This document shows positions 26,984 to 36,881 of a stretch of DNA of 64,000 nt, in pieces. The notes below the pieces were generated by a model, which searched no databases, was not told the DNA's origin, and saw only the letters and a list, made by a program, of their open reading frames with translations. Source of the DNA: Neoechinorhynchus agilis (Eukaryota; Animalia; Acanthocephala); NCBI GenBank assembly GCA_051530055.1, contig CM121343.1, positions 6,232,389-6,296,388 of the forward strand. Direction: 5' to 3'. The position numbers and the translations under genes were made by a program. Every line of letters begins with the position of its first letter. The stretch's first letter is position 1.

Positions 26984-28206
26984 ATGAAGCTCATTGTTCT
27001 AATTTTATTGTCAATATTTTCGGTCCTGCAAGTGAACTCGACTGTGAAATCGGTAATATCAACTCCGTCATCGCTTCACAGCAATTGCAAGCGAAAGCAA
27101 GTACGATTTCGATTAATAATCGATCCTATTAATTCCAAAGCAAACGACAATATCATTAAACTGCTTAAAGAACTTCATAACAGAACCGATATGGAATTTT
27201 TGATTGCGCTTGCAGCAGTAACGCCAAACGTATGCTTGATGAATTCGCGATGGGGGATTTATAGAGAAAACGTAGATAATATAGAGCAACGAATAAGAAA
27301 AAGCATAGCTTATTGTAAAGAAGAAGATAGGAAAATATCAGAAACGACTAAACTGAAAAAGAGCATAACTGAAAATTTAATGTTGGCAATATTCGATCTA
27401 AGCAGTTTATTTTTTAAGCATTATTCTTGAAGTTCATAAAATAGCCTGCCGTAAGCAAACGAGATTTTGTATCAAACTATGGACCTCAACAACTCGATCT
27501 ACTCGCGATCACAACCGAGCGAACTGAGAGCAATGCAAAAGTAATCGATGAACTCTATAAGTATCATAGTTGGTGTGCTAGAAACTTTTGGAATTTGTTG
27601 ACGAAAAACAATTCTCATTATGGTTTAGGACAAAGCGTTTGCTCGTCCTCTGTGTTGAATCAGAATTGTCAAACCGATCTTGATTGTGCTTCTAGTACTT
27701 TACAGTGTTCAAAAGGGCAATGCCAATGTGCTAATGGAACCAAAATGATAAGGCCACAGTGTAAACTGATAAGTGGATGTCTTGGCGTTAGTCCATGCAC
27801 TGCTGGTGAATGTTGTTTCAACGGCGAATGTTATGATCCGTCTGACCCACGATGCGCTCTACGAAATTTGAGCTGCCTTGACCTTCCTTTATTTCCTTAT
27901 GAAAGCAACTATTCAATTGTTACTTCAACCACAACATTTGAGCCCCAACCTTCAGAAAAAAATAAACGTCGCAAGTATGTGTTGTATATTTGGATAATCT
28001 GCGGACTTCTTTTGCTTGTGATGGGTCTTGTAAGCGCCATAATCTATGGGTGTGTTAAACGGCAATCTAGCGATACAAGTGAACAGTATTATAGCGCGAC
28101 ATCCATCGAATCATTCGACGAATCATGGCCAAGTCAAGAGGTTGAAAATGAAATCGTTAGAAGTTCTAAGAAACAGGCAATGATGATGACCGACATTAGC
28201 GAATAA
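26984..28206 (+). CDS. Uncharacterised type I membrane protein (signal peptide, Cys-rich EB/EGF-like module, one TM helix)
   Basis: Signal-like start MKLIVLILLSIFSVLQ. Frame is open from the acceptor at about 27443 into the 27595 ORF. CQTDLDC...CSKGQCQC...CCFNGEC. Hydrophobic YVLYIWIICGLLLLVMGLVSAIIYGCV followed by KRQ. Confidence 0.6.
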
Positions 28207-28451
28207 GTGCCAGTGGAAATATCATTAAATATTGTCTTCTTTTTAACTACATTGGACTATAGTATGCAAAAAGATATAAGCTTAAAAGCGGTCTCAAAAT
28301 ACATGAAATGGAATCTTCGGTAAAACGAAATTTGAAACTAAGCGGACGAATCAATCCTAGAGCAAAAGATAATTGTCGCTTGAAGGGATTTGTTTCGTTG
28401 AACCAATTCACCATCGTATAAATATGCAGCAAAATATCCATTTTTTCGATT

Positions 28452-28493
28452 GTCCTCATTTTATTTCGGAGTTTTATTCCTTCTTCAGAGTCC
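28452..28493 (-). ncRNA. Degenerate hammerhead core at the 3' end of the Penelope-like relic
   Basis: Minus strand reads CTGAAGA-A-GGA(ATAAAAC)TCC-GAAA-TAAAATG. Stem I has only 2 bp and position 17 is G, so it is probably inactive. Confidence 0.5.
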
Positions 28494-28499
28494 TGAAAG

Positions 28500-29620
28500 C
28501 ACGTGATCTACATAGGTAGTCAGAATAGTTCAGTGAAGAAGTCAACTGGTCCACTTGGTTAAGCACGATAACGTGTCGAACGTTGACCGTCTCCTATGTA
28601 CGATCACCTCACTCATTCCCACTTTTCATCTCGTTCAAAATAGGAATCGCTATTGGTTTCCTTCTCTCTCGAGCGTCCGCTAGTCAATTCCGCTCGGCGT
28701 TGAAGTCTCTCAAGTTCCCGCGTTCACAACCTTAACCGCGGTCCTAAGATGAGTAAATCCTTACAGTCCTGCGCATCGCTGTATAGAATGCTTGCTTCAT
28801 CATCCAAGGATGGTAAGAATCTCGATGCATGATTATGGCTTTCTTGCAAGGTTTACGGTACCATTCAAATGTGTCGTCTTCCTTAAATCACAAACTGGGG
28901 AAGTGGTCCGTCAGGATGCCCCTTGTCATTCATAGCCGCCCGGTTGTATCTATTGTATTGAGCCTTTGTTCCAATTCATCCACTTCAGATGTTTCCCTGT
29001 AGGACAGTAGCACGTCGTCCACATACATGAGGTAAATCCGTTTTTCGGTAACTGGAGCAAGTCTGTTCCCCATAATCAAAACCTTCGAACTTGCCGATGG
29101 ATCCTATTTCCAAATCTGAAGGGATTACATTTGAAGATCAAGCGTATGAGATATGTCTCTATATCTCAAAACCATGAAGGTTGAGCTCTCCTTTCGTCTC
29201 GGCAATCTTTTCTCCGTGACTCTTAGCGCAGTATCATTGTCCACGTTTGTGTATAAGGCGTCAAAATCGAATGACATTATTTGGCAGTTATTTAAATTCT
29301 CTCGTCAGGAATGCAAGGATTCAGTCCGTTCCTTCCTCGCGTTTTAGATATGCCCTTGTCGTTTGGGGGAGTGGATTTAGAGTCATAGCTAACAGCTTTG
29401 AAACCCAATAACCAGGACCGTTCACAACCTAATTGATCAGCCTGCACTTCATTAATGATCCAGTTGCCCCTTGGATGGAAATCCCTGGCGTCGTATTCGT
29501 TTTGATTATTGGGTACATTAAATATGAATGATATGCGCATGTCGCCGATTTTCCTCGACCCGAGGAGCGAACTACTTTCTTGGATTCATTCCCTTATAAA
29601 TGTCCTGAAGGAGATAACGA
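28500..29620 (-). mobile_element. Decayed Penelope-like element reverse transcriptase relic
   Basis: Minus-strand peptides in the order expected for PLE RT: SFDFDALYTNVD, LIMGNRLAP, YLMYVDDVLL, WYRKPCKKAIIMHRDSYHP. Multiple stops and frameshifts. No GIY-YIG domain seen. Confidence 0.8.
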
Positions 29621-29699
29621 TCTTCGTGTCTTCACTACCGAGATCGAGAATCCTTTTAAATTAATAATTTTTTTCCCGTTTACAAATGTATTCAATCAA

Positions 29700-29930
29700 T
29701 CTTCATTTCTCGACAATTAACACACTCACCACCTCCCGCCGACTTTCAACTTTTGTCCTTCCTCGACCGTCGCCATCACGCTGGCAGCATTGCCCCGTTG
29801 TACTGCTAGCGAGATATTTTGACGGAGGAATACGCCTGCTCTTGAGTCTCCGGTTGCTTCTCTCAATTTCTTCGAGATATCCTGGAGCAGAGAGAGTGCC
29901 GAGCTGCCGAGCGCTCCATAAATCCTTTTG
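29700..29930 (-). mobile_element. 3' fragment of a CRE-clade non-LTR retrotransposon (lineage C)
   Basis: YGALGSSALSLLQDISKKLREATGDSRAGVFLRQNISLAVQRGNAASVM...GGRW*, homologous to the ORF at 39547. Confidence 0.8.
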
Positions 29931-30425
29931 TTCCTTTTTTGCCTCCTAAGAATTCACGCTTTATGGCGCAGCGATGGAGAATATCAAGTTTCTGTCGATC
30001 CCATTGCCATAATAAGCGTCGTGGGGCGTTCTTGACCTTGGCACAATGGGTGTCGCTTTGACAATCAGGGTTTTCCAGAAAATATTTGTACTCAATTTGT
30101 TGTTGAATTTGTCAAAAGACTAATACACCTTTCATGCAAAAATTCACTCCGTAAAATTCATAGTTCTCGGTCTAAAACCATGATTCAAGCAAGTAAATGC
30201 AGAGACACGACACTCATCTCGTATTACTAAGGCGAATTTAAACGTTTCTCTGCCGTTGTGCTCTTACATCAGCTCCCGGAGTTTAAACTCAAAACGGCTA
30301 GTGCTCCGAAGAAATCATCGACCACTGCACCCTCTTCTTCTTCATTTAAATATTCTTTAGTCAGGTATCGGTTTATAAGCAAGCTTAAATGAGAACTGCA
30401 TTCGTTAAGAAACAAAGAAGACAAA

Positions 30426-32246
30426 ATGGACAAGTTGACGATCGAAATCAGTGATGGAGAAAAAAATAACTCACCAAACAGTGAAAAGATTGTCCTTAAA
30501 AAGGAACTTGGACTCATGCAGGGTGTGTCCGTTATTGTCAGCTCAATGATAGGCAGCGGAATCTTCATAACACCCGGTCAAGTTCTCAAACTCTGCGGTT
30601 CAATTCCGGTTGCAATCATTGTTTGGTTAATTTCTGGATTATTGGCTATCTGTGGTGCACTCATGTATGCTGAATTGGGTGCAATGATGCCAAAAGGTGG
30701 CGGCGATTATGAATATCTTTTGAGAATATTTGGATCACCAATGGCGTTTATGTTCTCGTGGACGAGAATTGTACTCGCGGCACCTTCATCATTGGCGGCC
30801 GGGGCACTTGCCTTTGGAAATTATCTCCTTCTCGCAATATTCCCTTGTTCGATCCCGGATCCACCAAGATATCTATTGGCGGTTCTTGCTTTGATGGTAT
30901 TCACTTATTTGAACTGTAGAAGCGTCAAATGGGCTTCAAGAATACAAGTCGTATTCGCATCAGGAAAAGGCATAGCATTGGTGGGAATTTTAATTGCTGG
31001 GATTTATGCATTCGCTATTGGTGGCGGAAAATATTATCAAGATGGATTCAAAGGAACTTCAACTAAGCCATTGGATATAATTCTCTCTTTCTACAGTGCC
31101 ATATTTGCCTATACTGGATGGTTTGTATTCCTTTATTTAAAACTCTTTCTATAAGCATACAAATGTAGGAACTTTTTGAATTTCGTTGTTGAAGAATTAA
31201 AGGAACCGGAAAAGTCAGTGTGTGGTTGCAATTTTCTTCGTGACTTTATTCTCCTTTAGGAATCTCCCTCGGTCAATTTTTATCGGACTCGGCACAGTAA
31301 CTGGGCTTTACTTTTTGTTTTCCCATTAAGGCGAAACTAAACAATGAGAGAACAATAAATATGTTTTAACGAACGTTGCCTACTTTGCTATGATCCCGAT
31401 TGAACAAGCCGTGGCATCACCAGCACTTGCGGTTGTGAGTATTAATGATTTATTGGCAGAAGAAATCTTCTCAAAAGACTGCGTTAGGAGCACTCTATGA
31501 ACCCCTTGGAACGGTGATGTCGATTCTTGTATCATTATCCGTCTTTGGATATCTCAATAGTGCTCTATTTGCCTCCACGAGGTTGAATTGAAGTTGTAAA
31601 CATTTTTAAAATAACATACAACAAATTAGAGTTGGATTCAGCGCAGCTCGAAATGGACACATGCCAGTTGTTATGGCATACGTCAATGTGGATTACCTTA
31701 CACCTCTTGTATCAGTGGTTGTTTTGGTAAGTTCAACAAAGTGTTCAATCCGTTCAAAGGCTTTCCATAGGCCTTATTCACCATCATTTACATTTCAATT
31801 GGTTCTTTAACTTTCATTATTAACATGAACTCATTCAGTGAGACTTTCTTTTATTGCATTACATCCGTCGCATTTTTTTATTTGCGCTGGAAAAATCGAA
31901 ACAAACCAAGCAAAGCAAGGGTTAGTAAATCTAAAAGCATTTTTAAACATTTACTTTCAATTAAAAGATCAATATTATATTCCCAATTGTGTTTTTTATC
32001 GGAATGACGTTTATAACCGTCCTGTCTTTGATAAGTGAACCTGCAGCTTGTGTCGGAGGCCTCGCTTTAATTCTCGGAGGTCTCATATTTTACTTTGTAT
32101 TTTGTATACTCATCCAACCACCAAAAGTTCAGCTAATGACCGGTGAGTTCCTTTTAGACTTAACTAAAAATATATTTGTAATATTTGCAGATAAAGTCAT
32201 CCTGGCGATTCAAAAGGCATCAAATTCAATTTTCCAGCAAGAATAA
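30426..32246 (+). CDS. SLC7 L-type (LAT) amino acid transporter light chain
   Basis: LKKELGLMQGVSVIVSSMIGSGIFITPGQVL, ALMYAELGAMMPKGGGDYEYL, FYSAIFAYTGW, NLPRSIFIG, TNVAYF, ARNGHMP. Confidence 0.94.
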
Positions 32247-32308
32247 TTCTACTTTAATATAAAAATAGTCTATTTATTTTTTTGAAACTTTAAGTTTTAT
32301 TTAACCAA

Positions 32309-32815
32309 AAGCAAGCATACATAATTTATAGTTTCTTCGACGCTCCTATTCATCGGCGCTGGCCAAAATGCTAGCCGCATTGCCCCGCTGCACCGTAATG
32401 CTTATTTTTTGCGCCAAGAACGACGTCGATCTTGGCTCTCCAGTCGCTGCGTAACATTCTAGAACCCACTAATCTTTGTAGATTAGATGGAAGACGCCCT
32501 GATGGCGTGACCGTATTTCCTTGGCGGGAGGGAAAATGTTTGTTGTGAGATGCAACGTGTGTGGACACGTTGGCAAACTCCAACATCGACCACCCGAAAA
32601 AAGGTCCAGGAGGAGCGGCGACGGCAGCAGAGGATCGGAAATGCTCAAAATACAGGGAGCTAATCCGAAATTACCATTTTGTCCCCTTCGGTGTGGAAAA
32701 GTACCTTGGGAGGGTCGGCACTGGCCCTCCTGAAGGACTTGGGGAAACGAATTTACGCAGCGACTGGAGAGCCAAGATCGACGTCGTTCTTGGCGCAAAA
32801 AATAAGCATTGCGGT
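32309..32815. mobile_element. 5'-truncated, internally inverted CRE-clade fragment (lineage B)
   Basis: 32309-32454 is the 3' end on the minus strand (VQRGNAASILAS). 32455-32815 is the RLE region on the plus strand ([24 protein letters not shown]). 32392-32454 and 32753-32815 are a 63 bp inverted repeat. Confidence 0.85.
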
Positions 32816-33074
32816 CTATTTATTTGTGCAAATAAATCACAATGCGCACACTTGGAAAAACAGCAAAGAATTAAGAAAATAAGCCGAAAACGTTAACTTT
32901 CCATTTATCAAAATAATAAACAATATTAAAAAGATACACAGAGTTTTAAAGCCAATCGATTATTTAACTAGCTCAAATGTGAAGCGACACACAATACCTA
33001 ATATTTTCTATAAAGGATTAAAATCGAAAATAATAGAAGGTAGTTTGAATTGTCGTTTTGTCAGCTATCGGGCT

Positions 33075-33830
33075 AATAATAACACGTTTTTATTACCACA
33101 CACCCAAGCAAGCACGGGAACCACGTATCTTTGGATTCGTGCTGTTTGATTGAGATTGTAATTCGGAATGAGCTGCAAGTCGTCGCATGTGCATGAGTCT
33201 TTCCTCCGATTCAGGCCGTAGACTCATGGGTTGATTGTACGATGGCGAAAATGATTTTTTATATAGTGTGGTGCGCGGGAGAGGCGGATTGAATCTGTTC
33301 GGACATCGTGTATTTCGGACGGGTTCCCTTGGCGAGATGAACGGCAGAAATTTAGATGGAAGGGAACGCAGGGAGGTCATGTATTTATCGAAGAATTTGG
33401 AAAGGTGTTCTTCGATTGGTGGGAGGTCCTTGGAGCCAATTTTGCAGGCTCGTTTATTTAGGGAGGAAAGCAAGCGCAGTCGATGGGTGGATAAATTGCA
33501 AAAGGTTGGGTATGCATATGAGATTGCGGGGACCACAACGGACCAATAGAAATGTGCTAGATCGCGTGGGCTGACTCCGAGCAAACGCAAGAGCTTGATT
33601 AAATGCAATTTAGCAGTGGCTTTTGCTACGACGCCATTAATGTGGATGTCCCATTTGAGGTTGTGTTGGAAGATTAGGCTCAGAATGCGAAGCGATGTGG
33701 AGCGTTGGATATCGAGAGGGAGCGGTGGAATATCAGTCCTAGGTTTTCGAAGCGACGGAATAAGTTCATAAGATTTGGAGAAATTAATTAAGAGTTGGTG
33801 GGTGGTGCAAAAATCTTTAAGAACTTTTGA
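33075..33830 (-). mobile_element. 5'-truncated LINE fragment (L2/Crack/CR1-like RT thumb region)
   Basis: FCTTHQLLINFSKS...ILSLIFQHNLKWDIHINGVVAKATAKLHLIKLLR...FYWSVVVPAISYAYPTF. Ends near an AATAAA at about 33090. Confidence 0.75.
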
Positions 33831-33832
33831 AG

Positions 33833-34003
33833 TACACTTTCGGTGAGAATAATCCCGGTCATTATATATTTTATTTATTCGAAATATTTCGCGAGGTATC
33901 CTCGCCTCTTCAGTCATTGTTTGCAAGTTTTTTCAACTGTGAATGTGAATATTTCGAATAAATAAAATATGTAATGACCGGGATTATTCTCACCGAAAGT
34001 GTA
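33833..34003. mobile_element. Fold-back element, family B, with near-perfect 56 bp arms
   Basis: 33833-33888 is the reverse complement of 33948-34003 with 1 mismatch. The spacer CATTGTTTGCAAGTTTTTTC is shared with about 44762. Confidence 0.9.
33880..33916 (-). ncRNA. Minimal type I hammerhead ribozyme motif with intact core
   Basis: Minus strand reads TGA-CTGAAGA-G-GCGAGG(ATA)CCTCGC-GAAA-TAT-T-TCG, followed by AATAAA. Perfect 6-bp stem II. Confidence 0.8.
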
Positions 34004-34040
34004 ATTTTATTATCCCGAAGGACTTTCTATCGATGATTTT

Positions 34041-34168
34041 TAGAAGTGTTATTCAGATCTTCGCCCAGCAAATAATTTTATATTAAAAACGTTTCGAAAC
34101 TCGTCGCGTTCGAAATGTATTAAATCGAAAAGATTATTTACTTGCTGAAGACCTAAATAACACTTATA
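34041..34168. mobile_element. Diverged fold-back element, family A
   Basis: Ends TAGAAGTGTTATT...AATAACACTTATA. The internal AAAACGTTTCGAAACTCGTCGCGTTC matches 46349-46385 and the 15 kb array. Confidence 0.75.
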
Positions 34169-35394
34169 ATAAAATAGTTAACACATAGACTGTCAAATTT
34201 GTCTTTTATACTTTATCGAGGTTCGTATACACCTTAATAGTTAAGTAAATCACCTATTTCGAATCTCAACATCATTATTTTGTTCGAAATTGGTAGTTTT
34301 AGTTCTATCTCCAAATGGGTTACTTTCTAGATTTAAAATTCACCGTGTGACAGAAAACAACGAGCTTGCAATAATAGTGGACCAATCTGCGGGAGATTCA
34401 GGGTAACCGTTTCCTAAAAAATACGAGAACTCTCGACTTTAGATTTTGATAACCCATTCGAAAGTGTATAAATAATTGTCTCCAACATTGTCAGGATCAA
34501 AATCATCCTCATTAAAAATATCATCACTTTTCTTTAGAGACGAGCTGTGCACTGCAAGAAACACTTCCGAAATTCGTTCAGACTTCACTTCAATTGGCAT
34601 CAAGTGACCAACATTGGCATTACAAAACATCGAATAGCAATGAACATTAAATCCACCAAATTGGAGATATTCGAGGGCATACATCGTCTTTTTTTAACTT
34701 TAGAAGATGCATACAAAATATACACAATGCGAAACAACCAGTCGAATCCTTCGTCTCCCACATTATTTCCTTCCAGACATCTTATGATCTCCGAGCCATG
34801 AGATCAGATAGAAAATAACAAAAGAACTATACCCGCAGGATAATTCAGCATGTAAAGCGGCTTTTTAAAGTAGCAAGACTCCCTTGCATGCCTCAGCCGA
34901 ATAAGTTTGCAGCAAATAATGAAGGATTTTTTCATTTGAATCGACCGGACCGCAATTTTTAATGAGACCGAAAACGAAGATCTCTAAGTGGAAACTTTTC
35001 ACTAATGACATCCGATTTGAAAGTTCTATTTGATTACGGATGACGGTGGTCTAAAGTGCCGGGTGCCTATTTCTGGATCATGGTACTTAATGGTTAAAAA
35101 CCGAAAATGTTAAATGAAGGCGCAAATGTCTAAAAAATAATTAGATTTCATTGATTTCGTGGACACATATTTAGAAAAAAAGGAGAGTAGAACTAGCTCA
35201 CGATTTGTTTCTAAATCCACGAGAAGGTTGAAAAATGAAATTTTAATTCCTTGGCTTATTAAAGACGTAAATGAATCGAGTAAAACACAAAAAGATAAGA
35301 ATTAACTGTGTGTTGTGCATGTGGGTTCATTTATCCTTCGTTTTCTTTATTTCATTCTGCTCTCTAATTCTTACATGCAAATCTGATCATTTCC

Positions 35395-36467
35395 TTACCG
35401 TTCAGCATTGTCTCGACGTTCACCATTACCACCACCACCACCTTGATTGAAAGGTACAAGGGAAACAAAAAGTCCAATTATAAAGTTAAACATTGTTTTT
35501 AACGCGATTCGTAATCTACTAATCTCAGAAGCTCGACCATCTTCATTGGTGTTAGTATCGACATCAGCAGCTCTTCGGATCTGTAATGCTGGCCTGTGTC
35601 TAATAAAAATCAGAATCACGACCGTCAACAATCCCGCCAAAACAAGACTCCAGACGTTCATATCATCTTGTGTGAGTATAATCGCGATCAAAACGGAAAA
35701 ACGAATTATACCCGGAAGGTTTTCAACAATCCCCATCATATTCCCAGCTTGATTCGGCTGATTATTATTGGCTTGCACGTTGGCATTCCTTCTACGTTCT
35801 CCGTTCTCATTGGCTACGTTCGTAGGTTCGGTATTTGTAGTGTCTTCTAAAACACGATTCTTAGCATAAATGGTCCTTGAGACATCTTCCTTAAGACGAT
35901 TTAAGTAGACTATCACAATGGGATTCTGAGTCAACTCATTTATCAAATGATTGCGAACATCATCCGGTGTCGCTCCATTCATCACTTGATTCATTCTATA
36001 GTTGTACTGATCATAACTATACTTTTCAATCGTATCACTCGTTTCATCGACCGTTTCAGTTTTAGTGGTGTCCGATTGAACACTAAGACTGGAAGGGGAT
36101 AATTTCGGATCGCTCACTTGTGGCCATACAATAGTCCAAAAGAATAATGTGTCATTCTCTTAAACTACTCTATGCTGGCGTTTGTTCGCAGCAAATGTAA
36201 AAGTATTTTATCGGCAGTACGCTGATTGGATTGGTCGTTTAATTGACCCAATTGAGTTCGATCGTCCAAAACACGACCACTGTGGACCAAACGTAACTGA
36301 TCCGTGTGCTCGGAACCAATGATTCCTTCATTGTCGATTTCAACCAAGTGGTCCTTCAACTCACCAACAGTCCACGTAGCCGGAGCTTCATCGATAGCTA
36401 TGTTACGTATAGGACGTCTTACTAATCTTACCACTACCTTTATTAAACTCCGTTCCGAACCACTCAT
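35395..36467 (-). CDS. HERPUD: HERP/HERPUD-like ER membrane ubiquitin-like-domain protein, 2 exons
   Basis: N-terminal UBL (WTVGELKDHL...LRLVHSGRVLDD...LHL), two hydrophobic segments and a C-terminal FIIGLFVSLVP motif typical of Herp. GT-AG intron at about 36119-36170. Confidence 0.8.
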
Positions 36468-36600
36468 TCTTCCAAATAATCACTCAAATCCTTCTGTAAA
36501 GAAATACTCAATGTCATTGTGCAAGGCCACAATTCTTCCGTAGGATACGCGTCACACAATCAAATCGTGACGAAATAACCCGAATCGCTCTCAAAAATCA

Positions 36601-36800
36601 CACAAATATTTTTTATAGCGAGTTATAATAATTGGTTGATTTATTTGATAATTTTCGGCCTTCGGGTAGTAAGCAGTAGACTGAAGAAGGTCTACATGAA
36701 GGCCAAAAATTATCAAATAAATCAAAAAATATTTGTGCAATTTTTAAGAGCGAGACGGATTCGCGTTTATGATAATTGATTTATTTGATAATTTTCGGCA
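36601..36800. mobile_element. Fold-back element, family C, with hammerhead core; a third partial arm at 36772-36799
   Basis: TTGATTTATTTGATAATTTTCGGCCTTC pairs with GAAGGCCAAAAATTATCAAATAAATCAA. Outer ends CACAAATATTTTT / AAAAATATTTGTG. Core CTGAAGA-A-GGTC(TACATGAA)GGCC-AAAA-ATT-A at 36681-36712. Confidence 0.75.
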
Positions 36801-36881
36801 ATAAGCGTCAAACAACGATCTAACGTCATAAACAGTTGCAAACAAAAATTTTCCTACAATAAGAACAAACAAGCGGAGAAC

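Noticed and set aside
30033-30041. Perfect FTZ-F1/SF-1 site (CCAAGGTCA) upstream of the SLC7 gene
   Set aside because: A single 9-mer is expected by chance in 64 kb; no supporting evidence.
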